From positions 388,077 to 452,076 of the forward strand of contig JAUSDJ010000017.1 of the NCBI GenBank assembly GCA_030650795.1: DNA of 64,000 nt, read 5' to 3'. The stretch is from Actinomycetota bacterium (lineage in GTDB: Bacteria; Actinomycetota; Actinomycetes; S36-B12). A model generated the notes under the pieces. That model was not told the origin of the DNA, made no database searches, and worked only from the letters and a program-made list of their open reading frames with translations. Below are positions 52,194-62,791 of the stretch, in pieces. Both the position numbers and the translations under genes were made by a program. Within the stretch, counting starts at the first letter, position 1, and each line of letters starts with the position of its first letter.

Positions 52194-53888
52194 TTATCCT
52201 CGTGTCAGTTTGCGGTAGGTAGCGCGATGCGGACGAGCTGCGTCTGCTCCCAGTCGCTCGACCTTATTTGCCTCGTATGACTCAAAGTTGCCTTCGAACC
52301 AAAACCATTCGGAATCGCCCTCATAGGCCAGAATGTGCGTCGCTATCCGGTCAAGGAACCAGCGATCATGCGAGGTGATCACAGCGCAACCGGGGAACTC
52401 CAGCAAAGCATTTTCGAGGGATCCGAGGGTCTCAACGTCGAGGTCATTGGTCGGCTCGTCGAGCAGCAGCAGATTGCCACCCATCTTCAAAGTCAGCGCC
52501 AGGTTCAGCCGATTTCGCTCGCCACCAGAAAGCACCTTGGCTGACTTCTGCTGATCGGGGCCCTTGAAGCCGAACACCGACACGTATGCCCGCGAGGGCA
52601 TCTCAACATTGCCAACCTTGATCCAGTCCAGGCCATCAGAGACGAGCTCCCAGACATTCTTTGTTGGGTCCAGCCCGGAACGGTTCTGGTCAACATAGGA
52701 AAGCTTGACCGTCTCGCCGATTTTCAATTCACCCGATGTTGGCTGCGCATCGACATCGCCTTCGCTAGTTGCGGCATCAACAATCATCTTGAACAAGGTG
52801 GTCTTGCCAACACCATTGGGACCGATGACACCGACGATGCCGTTGCGCGGCAGAGTGAAGCTGAGATTGTCAATCAGGAGGCGATCGCCGAACGCCTTGG
52901 TCAGGCCGTCGGCTTCGACCACAACTGAACCCAAACGCGGGCCTGGCGGGATCTGGATCTCCTCCATGTCGAGCTTGCGAGCCTTATCGGCTTCTGCCGC
53001 CATCTCCTCGTATCGATCAAGGCGTGCACGGCTCTTGGTCTGGCGAGCCTTCGCATTGGATCGGACCCACTGGAGTTCGTCGGTCAGACGCTTTTGCAGT
53101 TTGACGTCCTTTTGGCCCTCAACTTTCAAGCGAGCAGCCTTGGTCTCCAAGTAGGTGGAGTAGTTGCCCTCGTAAGGGAAAGCGCGACCGCGATCGAGTT
53201 CAAGAATCCACTCAGCCACGTTGTCCAGGAAGTACCTATCGTGGGTGATGGCGATGACGGTGCCGGGGTACTTCTCCAGATGCTGTTCGAGCCACTGGAC
53301 ACTCTCAGCATCGAGGTGGTTGGTCGGCTCATCGAGCAGCAGCAGATCAGGCTGACGCAGTAGCAATTGGCAGAGAGCAACGCGACGCTTCTCACCACCG
53401 GAGAGCACAGCGATCTCGGAGTCACTTGGCGGGCACCGCAGGGCATCCATCGCCTGCTCCAGTTGGGCATCCAGATCCCAAGCGTTCTTGTGATCGATCG
53501 CCTCCTGCAATTTGCCCATCTCCGTGAGCAGGACGTCGTAGTCAGCATCGGGAGCGCCCAGTTCAACCGAGATCTCATTGAACCGATCAACCATCGCCTT
53601 GATCTCAGAGACACCGTCCTGAACGTTTTCAAGCACATTCTTGGTCTCATCGAGCTTCGGCTCCTGCTGGAGGAAGCCAACGGTGAAGCCCTCCATGAGC
53701 ATCGCCTCACCGTTGGAGACGTCGTCGAGCCCGGCCATGATCTTCAGCAAGCTCGACTTTCCAGCGCCATTCGGGCCGACCACGCCGATCTTGGCTCCGG
53801 GGAGAAACGAAAGAGTCACATTGTCGAGAACGACCTTGTCGCCATGGGCTTTACGGGCCTTACTGAGGGTATAAATGAACTCGGCCAT
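52194..53888 (-). CDS. ettA: ABC-F ATPase, energy-dependent translational throttle protein EttA
   Basis: MAEFIYTLSKARKAHGDKVVLDNVTLSF N-terminus, two ABC cassettes (GPNGAGKSS; GPNGVGKTT; LSGGE), about 560 aa. Confidence 0.9.
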   Translation of the reverse strand: MAEFIYTLSKARKAHGDKVVLDNVTLSFLPGAKIGVVGPNGAGKSSLLKIMAGLDDVSNGEAMLMEGFTVGFLQQEPKLDETKNVLENVQDGVSEIKAMVDRFNEISVELGAPDADYDVLLTEMGKLQEAIDHKNAWDLDAQLEQAMDALRCPPSDSEIAVLSGGEKRRVALCQLLLRQPDLLLLDEPTNHLDAESVQWLEQHLEKYPGTVIAITHDRYFLDNVAEWILELDRGRAFPYEGNYSTYLETKAARLKVEGQKDVKLQKRLTDELQWVRSNAKARQTKSRARLDRYEEMAAEADKARKLDMEEIQIPPGPRLGSVVVEADGLTKAFGDRLLIDNLSFTLPRNGIVGVIGPNGVGKTTLFKMIVDAATSEGDVDAQPTSGELKIGETVKLSYVDQNRSGLDPTKNVWELVSDGLDWIKVGNVEMPSRAYVSVFGFKGPDQQKSAKVLSGGERNRLNLALTLKMGGNLLLLDEPTNDLDVETLGSLENALLEFPGCAVITSHDRWFLDRIATHILAYEGDSEWFWFEGNFESYEANKVERLGADAARPHRATYRKLTRG

Positions 53889-53940
53889 AGTGCGCGAGCC
53901 TAACGGCCGCGGCCTATGGCCGAGTTCGAGGGCAGATCCC

Positions 53941-54486
53941 TCAGGCGCCTATCGGGACGCTGTTCATCTGATCTGCACCAAGACTCTCGAACTCTTCCAA
54001 GATCTCACCTGTCTCAGGATCAATTCCCTCCGGAACCTCATCAAGTTCCGCCAAGGCCAACTCAGCACCCTGCAGATCGGCGATCAGCCGCTCCTCGCTT
54101 TCGACCACCGCCTGACGCTTGACGCGATTGAAAGAGGAGATGCCGCGCGCAAGGTCCGGACCAACCGAACGGGCCTCAATATCTTGATAACGAATGCGGT
54201 GCGAGGACTCCCCGCAAGGGCGCTCAACCTCTCGTGAGCGCAAGCGACCGTGCACTACGACCGGCATACCTTTGGTCACAGACTGCACGACGTTTTGAGC
54301 CATGTCACGCCAGCAGGACACCCCGAAATAGTGCGTATCGCTATCGATCCACCGATCAGTGGCTCGATCGAATCGGCGTGGAGTGCAGGCGATGCGAAAA
54401 GAGGCGACGGGATCGCCAGCTGCGCTGAATCTCAGCGAAACCTCGCTGACCACATTGCCCACAACGGTAAGAGTGATGTCGTGCAT
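53941..54486 (-). CDS. Single-stranded DNA-binding protein paralog (OB fold), non-canonical C-terminus
   Basis: ITLTVVGNVVSEVSLRF...DTHYFGVSCWRDMAQNV...KGMPVVVHGRL OB-fold pattern. GGGAGG RBS before the ATG at 54486. The ORF-track extension to 54741 overlaps hemCD. Confidence 0.75.
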   Translation of the reverse strand: MHDITLTVVGNVVSEVSLRFSAAGDPVASFRIACTPRRFDRATDRWIDSDTHYFGVSCWRDMAQNVVQSVTKGMPVVVHGRLRSREVERPCGESSHRIRYQDIEARSVGPDLARGISSFNRVKRQAVVESEERLIADLQGAELALAELDEVPEGIDPETGEILEEFESLGADQMNSVPIGA

Positions 54487-54619
54487 GAGACCTCCCTGTT
54501 GCGCATCGAGCTCGTTCTCGATGCCGCAACCATGCGGTGCATTTAGAGGACTGCGCGAGCGACTCGTCCGGATTGTGGATGGCGACCAGGGCGCGCAAGA
54601 GCAGTGGAAGATTTGTAGG

Positions 54620-56257
54620 TCAGCCGCCGATTGCTGCTGAAACGGCGGCGGCAACATCCGAAGCCGAAGGACTGCTGGCGATTGCCACCACGATGAAGCC
54701 CAGGCCACGCGCCGCTTCAGCTGTTGTGGGGCCAGAGACAATCACCGGAATCGATGTTTCGCTTCCAAGGTGCTGAGCGACTGCTCGAGCCGCACTTGGA
54801 GACCGCAGGATGATCGCGCTGATGTCTCCGCTGCGGAGCAATGTGGTCGAGAGAGGCTCTCGCCGCACGACGCTGGTCTCGTACACCACGCCTTCAGTGA
54901 CCTTCCAACCGCGACTCATGAGCCCATCGGGCAGCGCCCGAATCGCAATGCTGCCATGCGGAAACACCAAAGTGCCGGCTTTAGTCGGCAGCTCGGCCAA
55001 GAGACCAGCTGCTGACGGCACCATGGGGATGAGATCGATCGAAGCACCCAAGGCCTCAATACTCTCGGCCGTCTTGGCTCCCACGGCTGCGACTCTCGTT
55101 CCCTTTGACTTTGCGTCGGCGAGCGCGCTCGCAAGTCGTTCGCGCCCCACCAGCGACGCCCAGCTGGACATCGCCACCTGTGAGGTGACCACGAGCCAGT
55201 CCACTCCCTCTTCAAGCCTCAGTAAGAGCGCGTCGGCATTCGCGCGCGATAGCGAAGTTGACATGTTCAAGTACGAGTCGGTGATTGATCCAATACCGAG
55301 AGCAGCAAGTGCCTGCTCGTCAGCCTCGTTGTCATGTGCCCTAACGAGCAATACCGGATTCACATCACTTGCGAGCATCAATTTCGATGCAGCCCACAAG
55401 CCCATTGCGCGAGCAGTGTTCACATCGCCAAGCTCAACCTTGCGACTTGTTCGCACACGCGCGTGCTGACTCTCATCAAACAGTTCTGCAACGAGATGCA
55501 ATTCGGAGCCATCGAAGGTCGCGTAGGCGCCAACTGCCGTCGTGCACTCGGCTGAGATGCCAACCAGCACTTCACGCTCTGCCGCCGTAGTCAACTGAGC
55601 CAGCGGATCTTGAAGCTGAGCAACCAAGAGCGCAAGCGGATCACCCTCACGGCACTCCACCGCTAGGGCACCCTGCGCTGGAGCAGGCACCACTACCTCT
55701 GGGTCGAGAACTTCGCTGATGACTTCAGTTCGACCGATGCGAGCAATGCCTGCATAAGCAAGGACCACTGCATCTACTTCGCCCTCGAGAGCTTTGCGAA
55801 TTCGCGTATCGACATTTCCGCGTATTGCTTCGATTCTCAGATCCGGACGCTGAGCAAGCAGCATTGCCGAACGACGCGGTGAACTCGTGCCAACCCGTGC
55901 GCCCTTCGGAAGAGTCGCCAGCGTCAGTCCATCGCGGCACACCAGCACATCGCGTGGGTTCTCACGTTCAGGTACAGCCGCCAGCACGATCCCTTGCTCC
56001 GGTGCACTCGGCAGATCTTTGAAGGAGTGGACGATGACGTCGACCTCACCGGCCAGCAGCGCCCGGCGCAGAGAGGAGACGAAGAGTCCCGGATTGCCCG
56101 GTTGGTTCAACGACGTGGTGGTGTCGTCGCCGTCTGTGCGGATGTGGATTTCTTCCCAGGGCCTACTTGCGAGTTCAGCGAGCGCCTTGCCAACAGTGGC
56201 CGATTGCGTCCGGGCGAGCAGACTTGCGCGGGTGCCAAGTCGGATCGGCTTAGCCAC
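54620..56257 (-). CDS. hemC: Fused hydroxymethylbilane synthase (HemC) and uroporphyrinogen-III synthase (HemD)
   Basis: The N-half has IRLGTRASLLARTQS...GNVDTR...ECT(C) HemC blocks. The C-half follows the HemD pattern (WLVVTSQVAMSSW; AAVGAKTAESIEALG; VVYET; AIILRSPSAARA). GTG at 56257 overlaps the hemA stop (GTGGCTAA). Confidence 0.85.
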   Translation of the reverse strand: MAKPIRLGTRASLLARTQSATVGKALAELASRPWEEIHIRTDGDDTTTSLNQPGNPGLFVSSLRRALLAGEVDVIVHSFKDLPSAPEQGIVLAAVPERENPRDVLVCRDGLTLATLPKGARVGTSSPRRSAMLLAQRPDLRIEAIRGNVDTRIRKALEGEVDAVVLAYAGIARIGRTEVISEVLDPEVVVPAPAQGALAVECREGDPLALLVAQLQDPLAQLTTAAEREVLVGISAECTTAVGAYATFDGSELHLVAELFDESQHARVRTSRKVELGDVNTARAMGLWAASKLMLASDVNPVLLVRAHDNEADEQALAALGIGSITDSYLNMSTSLSRANADALLLRLEEGVDWLVVTSQVAMSSWASLVGRERLASALADAKSKGTRVAAVGAKTAESIEALGASIDLIPMVPSAAGLLAELPTKAGTLVFPHGSIAIRALPDGLMSRGWKVTEGVVYETSVVRREPLSTTLLRSGDISAIILRSPSAARAVAQHLGSETSIPVIVSGPTTAEAARGLGFIVVAIASSPSASDVAAAVSAAIGG

Positions 56258-57509
56258 GGGCGTCGAGGTCGATACCAAAGAGCGTATGAATCGCCTTTTG
56301 GTAGTCCGCGAAATCTCCGGTGCGTGCAAGTTCCTGTGCTCGAATTGAGGGAGTGTGCAAGATCGTATTCGAGACGCGGTGCAAGGCTCGCGCAACTTCT
56401 TCAGCTGTCTCGGCATCGACGCGAGTGCGGATGCGTTCCATCTCTTCATTGATGATCGCCATCACGTGGGTGCGCATCGCCACTACCGCGTGATCGGCAC
56501 TGCGGCCTGACTCGGTGAGCTCAAATTCAGAGACTGCCTGCAACACAATGTCTTGAGCTTCGAGAATCGCAGACGAATGCTCGCGAGGGGCGAATTCACG
56601 AATGACTTCAAGGTCAATCACATCCGCCCATCCGCAATCAGCAACATCCGGCGCAACGTCTGGCGTCAGTGCAAGATCAATGATTGGGATCACAGGCGCG
56701 TCGCCTGTTCCGCGCAACTCGCGAGCGGCGACCAAGACTGAACGATCAACGAGGTATGCGGCTGTGCCACTGCACGCAGCAATGAGTTGGGCATCTGCAA
56801 TAGCTGAGACGAGTTGATCGCCTTCAACCGCAACGAGTTCGCGAGTCTGCGCGAACTGTGCTGCTCGGCCGGAAGATGAATACACGTGGATATCGACGCA
56901 GCCACGCTTCTGCAGCGCCGCAGTCACAACCCGCGCATAGGAACCGGTTCCAAGAATGAGCGCGCGTCTGCCTTCAAGTGCTCCGAAGCGCTGCTCAGCA
57001 ACATCCAGACCAACGCTGACGATGGAACGACCAGCGGCACCTAGGCCAGTTGAACTCGTCACCGCCTTTGAAGTAGCCAGTGCCCGCTGCATCAATCGCT
57101 CAAGGGTCGGTGAAGTTGTCTGCTCATCTTGCGCGGTCGCCAGAGATTGCCGAACCTGTCCGGCAATCTCGTCCTCGCCGACGACCATCGATTCAAGTCC
57201 CGAGGCAACAGAGAAGAGGTGCTGACCAACAGCCGTTCCCACGACAACGCGCATGGCATCAACGACGAAATCGGGATCGATATTCGCTGCTTCGGCGACC
57301 GAGGCCGTCGTGAGTTCGACAGCATCGTGAAAGCGCTCAAGATCTAGGTAGACCTCGAAGCGGTTGCAAGTCGAGAGCACAACTGCACCGTTGATATCTG
57401 GACTGGAGTGAGTCAGCTTCAGTGCCAGACCCCGGCCAGCAGCGGCCAGTCGAGAGATCTCATCGAGGGTGACGTCATGATGGCTCGCGCCGACCAGGAC
57501 CATCACCAT
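56250..57509 (-). CDS. hemA: Glutamyl-tRNA reductase
   Basis: VLSTCNRFEVY catalytic Cys block, NAD-binding GTGSYARV, typical length. Confidence 0.9.
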   Translation of the reverse strand: MVMVLVGASHHDVTLDEISRLAAAGRGLALKLTHSSPDINGAVVLSTCNRFEVYLDLERFHDAVELTTASVAEAANIDPDFVVDAMRVVVGTAVGQHLFSVASGLESMVVGEDEIAGQVRQSLATAQDEQTTSPTLERLMQRALATSKAVTSSTGLGAAGRSIVSVGLDVAEQRFGALEGRRALILGTGSYARVVTAALQKRGCVDIHVYSSSGRAAQFAQTRELVAVEGDQLVSAIADAQLIAACSGTAAYLVDRSVLVAARELRGTGDAPVIPIIDLALTPDVAPDVADCGWADVIDLEVIREFAPREHSSAILEAQDIVLQAVSEFELTESGRSADHAVVAMRTHVMAIINEEMERIRTRVDAETAEEVARALHRVSNTILHTPSIRAQELARTGDFADYQKAIHTLFGIDLDARG

Positions 57510-57584
57510 GGTCTGATTCTAGGGCTGGCTGGCCTTCGCGATCTCGCGCAACCGTCCTCAGAATGGTTCTACTAAGTTTCAGTC

Positions 57585-58655
57585 ATGAATTCCCCCGACG
57601 CCCTGCCGGCAGAACACCCGCTCATGAACGGTTCGACGGCAGATTCGGCTCTCATTACGGCATATCGAGGCGGTCGCCCCACACCTCGACCGATTTGGAT
57701 GATGCGTCAGGCTGGTCGTTCACTGCCTGAATATCGCGCCCTTCGCGAGGGCACAGAGATGCTGGACTCCTGCCTGCGACCCGACATGGTGGCCGAGATC
57801 ACAATCCAGCCAGTGCGTCGTCACAAGGTGGACGCGGCGATCTTCTTCAGCGACATCGTGATTCCGTTGAAGTTGGCCGGCATCGATGTCGACATCGTCG
57901 CCGGAGTCGGTCCGGTGATGGCAGAGCCCATTCGAACTGTTCAGCAGGTGGGCGGCCTCCCAGAACTAGACCCGGCAGCACTCGCACCAATCATTGAAGC
58001 GGTCGGGATTCTCGTTGGCGAACTGGGTTCGACACCGCTCATTGGGTTTGCCGGAGCACCATTCACTCTGGCTTCCTACCTCGTCGAGGGTCAACCGTCG
58101 CGCGACTACGTGCACACCAAGGCCTTGATGCGTGAGGACCCACAAACGTGGCATGCACTTCTGGCTTGGGTGGCAAGAACGACAGGAACCTTTCTTCGCA
58201 CTCAGGCCATTGCCGGTGCAAGCGCAGTTCAGCTGTTCGATTCTTGGGCGGGCGCATTGACCCTGGAGGAGTACCAGACATACGTGGCACCGCACTCTGC
58301 TGCCGTCATGAAGCAGGTCGAAGATCTGCCGGTTCCGCGAATTCACTTTGGCACCAAGACCGGACACTTGCTTGTCGCGATGCGCGATGTTGGTGCAACT
58401 GTCGTTGGCGTTGATCAATTCACGCCACTGGACGTCGCAAACGACCTGCTCGGCGGAACAACCGCGCTGCAGGGCAACATTGATCCTGAACTGCTGGCTG
58501 GTCCGTGGGAACTGCTCGCCTCCAACGTTCGTGATGTCCTCAAGCGCGGACTCTCAGCACCAGGCCACGTGGTGAACCTTGGCCACGGAGTGCCGCCGGA
58601 CACTGACCCTGATGTACTCACTCGTATGGTCGCGCTCGTTCACGAGGAAGGTTGA
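57585..58655 (+). CDS. hemE: Uroporphyrinogen decarboxylase
   Basis: PIWMMRQAGRSLPEYR hallmark and full-length URO-D pattern. Confidence 0.9.
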   Translation: MNSPDALPAEHPLMNGSTADSALITAYRGGRPTPRPIWMMRQAGRSLPEYRALREGTEMLDSCLRPDMVAEITIQPVRRHKVDAAIFFSDIVIPLKLAGIDVDIVAGVGPVMAEPIRTVQQVGGLPELDPAALAPIIEAVGILVGELGSTPLIGFAGAPFTLASYLVEGQPSRDYVHTKALMREDPQTWHALLAWVARTTGTFLRTQAIAGASAVQLFDSWAGALTLEEYQTYVAPHSAAVMKQVEDLPVPRIHFGTKTGHLLVAMRDVGATVVGVDQFTPLDVANDLLGGTTALQGNIDPELLAGPWELLASNVRDVLKRGLSAPGHVVNLGHGVPPDTDPDVLTRMVALVHEEG

Positions 58656-58658
58656 AAC

Positions 58659-60029
58659 GTGGTCCAGAAACACGATGTCGTCATTGTCGGTGGCGGAGTA
58701 GCCGGCTTAGTTGCAGCGCTAGAGGCCTCAAATAGTGGCCTTTCGGTACTCCTGCTTGAAGCAAGCGATCGACTTGGTGGCGCAGTCCAGGGCGCGAGTC
58801 TTGCCGGAGTGACCGTGGATGTTGGTGCGGAGTCATTCGCGGTAACGCGTCCGGAAACGCTCGCGCTCATCGAACAACTGGGGCTGACCTCGCAATCAGT
58901 CCAGCCTCGCCGAACGGACTCACGGCTTGTGGTTCCCACTGGAATCTTCCCGATGCCACACGCCCTTCTTGGCATTCCGACCGATCCCCTCGCCCCCGAA
59001 GTTGTCGCGATCATCGGAAATGAGGCCGCCCAGGCCGCAGTCAAGCTCGACGAAGCACCAGTGCCGGCCGAATGGGATCCGCAACTCACACTCGGTGCGC
59101 TCGTACGTCAACGCCTCGGTAATCCCATCGCCGACTTGATCACTACACCCGTTGTGGGTGGAGTTCACGCCTTGCATCCAGACCTGGCTGAGGCCGAGGC
59201 AACCAGTCCAGGCATTACTGCAGCCACCTTCAAGTACGGCGGACTTTCGAATGCGGCTGCAGCTATGCGATCGGCCTCTGGCATTCCGGGCTCAGCAGTG
59301 CGTGGACTGCGTGGCGGAATGTCCACACTCATTCCTGCGCTTGTCGACGTGCTCCATGCAAACGGCGTGGAACTTCGTACGGGCATTGCCGCGGTGAACG
59401 TGAGCCCGGTCGGTTCGCAATGGACAGTGCAGACAACGAGCGGTGCGTTCGCAGCCGACCAGGTCATCGTCGCTCTGGACGCCCGCAGCGCAGCCGCAGT
59501 ACTGACAGAACTGCCTGCGATTCACGCTCCACTGAGTCAAATGCACGTTGGCGACGTCATCGTCTTTGCCGCTGTCGTTAACTGCGAGCTCCTTGATGAG
59601 GATCCGCTCGGCTCCGGAGCGCTGATCGCTCCGAGTACCCCAGGCCTGCGAGCCAAGGCCATCACTCATGCCTCGTCTAAGTGGGGCTGGGTACGCGAGG
59701 CATACGGACCCGGTCGCCACGTGATTCGTCTGTCGTATGGTCGCGACGGAGTGATTCAGGAATCTCTCGACGCACTACCCACGATCGCTCACGCCGATCT
59801 CGAATTACTCCTGAGCGCCAAGATCGCCGCATTTGAAGGCATCTACATTGCACGCTGGAATGGCTCCCTGCTGCACCCCCGAGTCGGGCATCGCGCGAAT
59901 GCTGCAGCCCTGCGAGCAGCAGTCGCAAATACTCCAGGACTTTCGGTTGCCGTGTCAGGCATGGCGGGCAACGGCTTGGCCGGGACCATCGGGCAGGCGC
60001 GTGCCAGCATCGATGGGGTGCGAAACTAA
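58659..60029 (+). CDS. hemY: Coproporphyrinogen III oxidase / protoporphyrinogen oxidase family (HemY, CgoX)
   Basis: FAD motif VVIVGGGVAGLVAA. Length and position between hemE and hemQ match the arrangement in Actinomycetota. Confidence 0.85.
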   Translation: MVQKHDVVIVGGGVAGLVAALEASNSGLSVLLLEASDRLGGAVQGASLAGVTVDVGAESFAVTRPETLALIEQLGLTSQSVQPRRTDSRLVVPTGIFPMPHALLGIPTDPLAPEVVAIIGNEAAQAAVKLDEAPVPAEWDPQLTLGALVRQRLGNPIADLITTPVVGGVHALHPDLAEAEATSPGITAATFKYGGLSNAAAAMRSASGIPGSAVRGLRGGMSTLIPALVDVLHANGVELRTGIAAVNVSPVGSQWTVQTTSGAFAADQVIVALDARSAAAVLTELPAIHAPLSQMHVGDVIVFAAVVNCELLDEDPLGSGALIAPSTPGLRAKAITHASSKWGWVREAYGPGRHVIRLSYGRDGVIQESLDALPTIAHADLELLLSAKIAAFEGIYIARWNGSLLHPRVGHRANAAALRAAVANTPGLSVAVSGMAGNGLAGTIGQARASIDGVRN

Positions 60030-60032
60030 GCC

Positions 60033-60743
60033 ATGGTCACTTCCGACGTACGAGTCGCCTCTGCGCCAAATCTCACCGCGCGCGAGGCCAACGAGATCAT
60101 TCGCTACACCTGCTGGACTGCCTTCAAGCGCACCGGCCAGCCCAGCGCTGAAGCAGGCGAGCAACTTGAGAAGCTCCTGGCAAGCTGGGCCGAGTTGGAC
60201 ATCGTTGTGCGGGGCCTCTATGACACGTCCGCAATGCGCGCCGACGCCGACGTGATGACCTGGATTCACGCACCGAGCGCCGAGGCAATCCAGAAAGCAC
60301 TACGTGAACTGCGTCGCAGCGAGTTGGGCAAGGTTCTCGAGATCACCTGGTCAGGTATGGCCTTGCATCGGCCCGCCGAGTTCAACAAATCACACGTGCC
60401 CTCTTTCATGCTCGGCAAGGAGCCAAAAGATTGGGTATCGGTCTATCCCTTTGTTCGGTCATATGAGTGGTATTTACTGCCTGACGAAGAGCGCCGCGAA
60501 ATGCTCTCAGAGCACGGGATGATGGGCCGCGACTATGCCGGCATTCAGTCCAACACCGTTGCCGCATTTGCACTTGGCGACTACGAGTGGCTGCTTGCGC
60601 TCGAGTCTGATGATCTCGATGAGATTGTCGACATGATGCGGACCCTTCGCTCGGCCAAGGCGCGCCTGCATGTGCGCGAGGAAGTGCCCTTCTTCACTGG
60701 CCGTCGTGTGGAAGCAGCCGAATGGGTCGACAGCCTTCGATGA
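60033..60743 (+). CDS. hemQ: Coproheme decarboxylase (HemQ/ChdC, chlorite-dismutase family)
   Basis: YTCWTAFK...VSVYPFVRSYEWYLLPDEERREML...FTGRR is typical of actinobacterial HemQ. Confidence 0.85.
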   Translation: MVTSDVRVASAPNLTAREANEIIRYTCWTAFKRTGQPSAEAGEQLEKLLASWAELDIVVRGLYDTSAMRADADVMTWIHAPSAEAIQKALRELRRSELGKVLEITWSGMALHRPAEFNKSHVPSFMLGKEPKDWVSVYPFVRSYEWYLLPDEERREMLSEHGMMGRDYAGIQSNTVAAFALGDYEWLLALESDDLDEIVDMMRTLRSAKARLHVREEVPFFTGRRVEAAEWVDSLR

Positions 60744-61801
60744 GTTACGACTCGATTCTGCTCGCCTCATTCGGTGGGCCCGAGGGCCCCGATGACGTCA
60801 TTCCCTTTCTCGAGCGAGTGACTGAGGGACGAGGTGTTCCCCACGAGCGTCTCGAGAGCGTCAGCCAGCGCTACCTCCGATTTGGTGGCGTGAGTCCGAT
60901 CAATCAGCAGAACCGCGAGTTGATGAATGCCCTGCATCACGAACTGATGGATCGAGGCATCGACCTGCCGATCTACTGGGGCAACCGCAACTGGGATCCC
61001 GACTTCACCGACGCCATTCGCACCCTCGATGAAGATGGTCATTCCAGGGTGCTCGCCATTGCGACGAGTGCCTACCCGTCGTACAGCGGATGCCGCCAAT
61101 ACCGCGAGAACATTGCGGCTGCATTAGACGAGGCAGCCGCTCCACAGATCAGCATCGATATGGCCTTTCCGTACAGCAACCGACACGGTTTCACAGCGCA
61201 CATCATTGAGGTGCTTGCCAATGCACTCGTCTATCTCGTAAACGACAACCACATGGAATCCGCGATTGACGTGCTCTTCACAACTCATTCGCTGCCCGTA
61301 ACGAGCGCTGAGTCCTCAGGGCCTGAACCACACAACTCCCCCGGTTTGTATCTGCAGCAGCACGAAGAGGCCATCGCGAAGGTGATGCGCGTTGTTGGTA
61401 TCGCCACCGGATTGCATCCGCGCAGCCGACTTGTCTTCCAATCACGCAGCGGTTCTCCTGAGACTCCATGGCTTGAACCTGATGTCAATGACGCTCTGCG
61501 CGAACTTGCTGCAGAAGGCCAATCCACGGCAGTGGTACTGGTACCGATCGGCTTCGTAAGCGACCACATTGAGGTGCTGTGGGATCTGGACACCGAGGCG
61601 ATGGCGACGGCCGAAGAGCTCAATCTGGCCTGCGTGCGTATTCCAACTCCTGGTACTTCGCCTGCATTCGTCAGTGCTCTTGCCGATTTGATCGAGGACG
61701 CCCGAATAGGCCAGCCAACGCGCACGGATCTGATTGACCTGTGTTCGGGCACCTGCTGCCCCAACCCCCGAGCAGAATTGCCGACGATCCCCGGGGTCTA
61801 G
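60740..61801 (+). CDS. hemH: Coproporphyrin ferrochelatase with C-terminal Cys cluster (probable [2Fe-2S])
   Basis: LLASFGGPEGPDDVIPFL, HSLP and the FVSDHIEVLWDLD block. Cys residues at GCRQY and CSGTCCPNP. ATG at 60740 forms an ATGA overlap with the hemQ stop. Confidence 0.9.
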   Translation: MSYDSILLASFGGPEGPDDVIPFLERVTEGRGVPHERLESVSQRYLRFGGVSPINQQNRELMNALHHELMDRGIDLPIYWGNRNWDPDFTDAIRTLDEDGHSRVLAIATSAYPSYSGCRQYRENIAAALDEAAAPQISIDMAFPYSNRHGFTAHIIEVLANALVYLVNDNHMESAIDVLFTTHSLPVTSAESSGPEPHNSPGLYLQQHEEAIAKVMRVVGIATGLHPRSRLVFQSRSGSPETPWLEPDVNDALRELAAEGQSTAVVLVPIGFVSDHIEVLWDLDTEAMATAEELNLACVRIPTPGTSPAFVSALADLIEDARIGQPTRTDLIDLCSGTCCPNPRAELPTIPGV

Positions 61802-61813
61802 GCTCCCAGCATC

Positions 61814-62788
61814 ATGAATCTCAGCGAGCGCCCGCGGCGACTTCGTCGCACTGACGGTCTGCGCAAGCTCGTGCGCCAAGTTCATCTGGACCCTGCCAAC
61901 CTGATTCTGCCAATGTTCATCCGCGAAGGCGCGACAGATCCAATCGCTATTGGCTCAATGCCGGGAGTCGTGCAGCACTCACAGTCTTCGCTTGCCAAAG
62001 CCGTCAACGAAGCCGCCGTTGCAGGGGTTGGTGCAGTGATGCTCTTTGGGGTTCCGTCGATCAAGGACGCCAACGGCGACGCCGCCTGCGACCCCAACAG
62101 CATCCTGGCTCAGGCAATCCGATGGACCAAGGCTGAACTGGGCGATGCAATGCCTGTGATCGCCGACCTTTGCCTCGACGAATTCACCACCCATGGTCAC
62201 TGCGGCGTGCTCGATGCGCACGGCAATGTCGATAACGACGCAACGCTGACCCAGTACCAGCGGATGTCACTCACGCTGGCTGATGCTGGAGCCGACATTC
62301 TTGGCTTGAGCGGCATGATGGATGGACAGGTCGGTGCCGTGCGCGAAGCCCTCGATGCTGCCAATGCCACCGACACAGTTCTCTTGGCCTACGCGGCCAA
62401 GTTTGCCAGCGCGTTCTACGGCCCTTTCCGCGATGCAGTGGAATCAAGCCTTGATGGCGATCGTCGTGCGTACCAACAAGATCCGGCGAACATCACCGAA
62501 GCCATCCGCGAGGTACGGCTCGATGTGGCCGAGGGCGCTGACATCGTGATGGTCAAACCAGGCTTGCCCTATCTGGACATCATCGCTCGCGTTGCTGCTG
62601 ATGTGGACGTCCCTGTTGCGGCCTACGTCGTCTCAGGTGAATCGTCAATGATCGAAGCCGCAGCTGCAGCCGGAATGCTCGACCGCGAGCGCGCCATTCT
62701 GGAAACCCTGACTTCCGTCAAGCGAGCAGGCGCCGACATCATCGCCACCTACTGGGCAACCGAGGTCGCCCACCTGCTGAATCGATAA
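61814..62788 (+). CDS. hemB: Porphobilinogen synthase (ALA dehydratase)
   Basis: RPRRLRRT...LILPMFI N-terminus, [12 protein letters not shown] active-site Lys block, 324 aa. Confidence 0.9.
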   Translation: MNLSERPRRLRRTDGLRKLVRQVHLDPANLILPMFIREGATDPIAIGSMPGVVQHSQSSLAKAVNEAAVAGVGAVMLFGVPSIKDANGDAACDPNSILAQAIRWTKAELGDAMPVIADLCLDEFTTHGHCGVLDAHGNVDNDATLTQYQRMSLTLADAGADILGLSGMMDGQVGAVREALDAANATDTVLLAYAAKFASAFYGPFRDAVESSLDGDRRAYQQDPANITEAIREVRLDVAEGADIVMVKPGLPYLDIIARVAADVDVPVAAYVVSGESSMIEAAAAAGMLDRERAILETLTSVKRAGADIIATYWATEVAHLLNR

Positions 62789-62791
62789 GTG

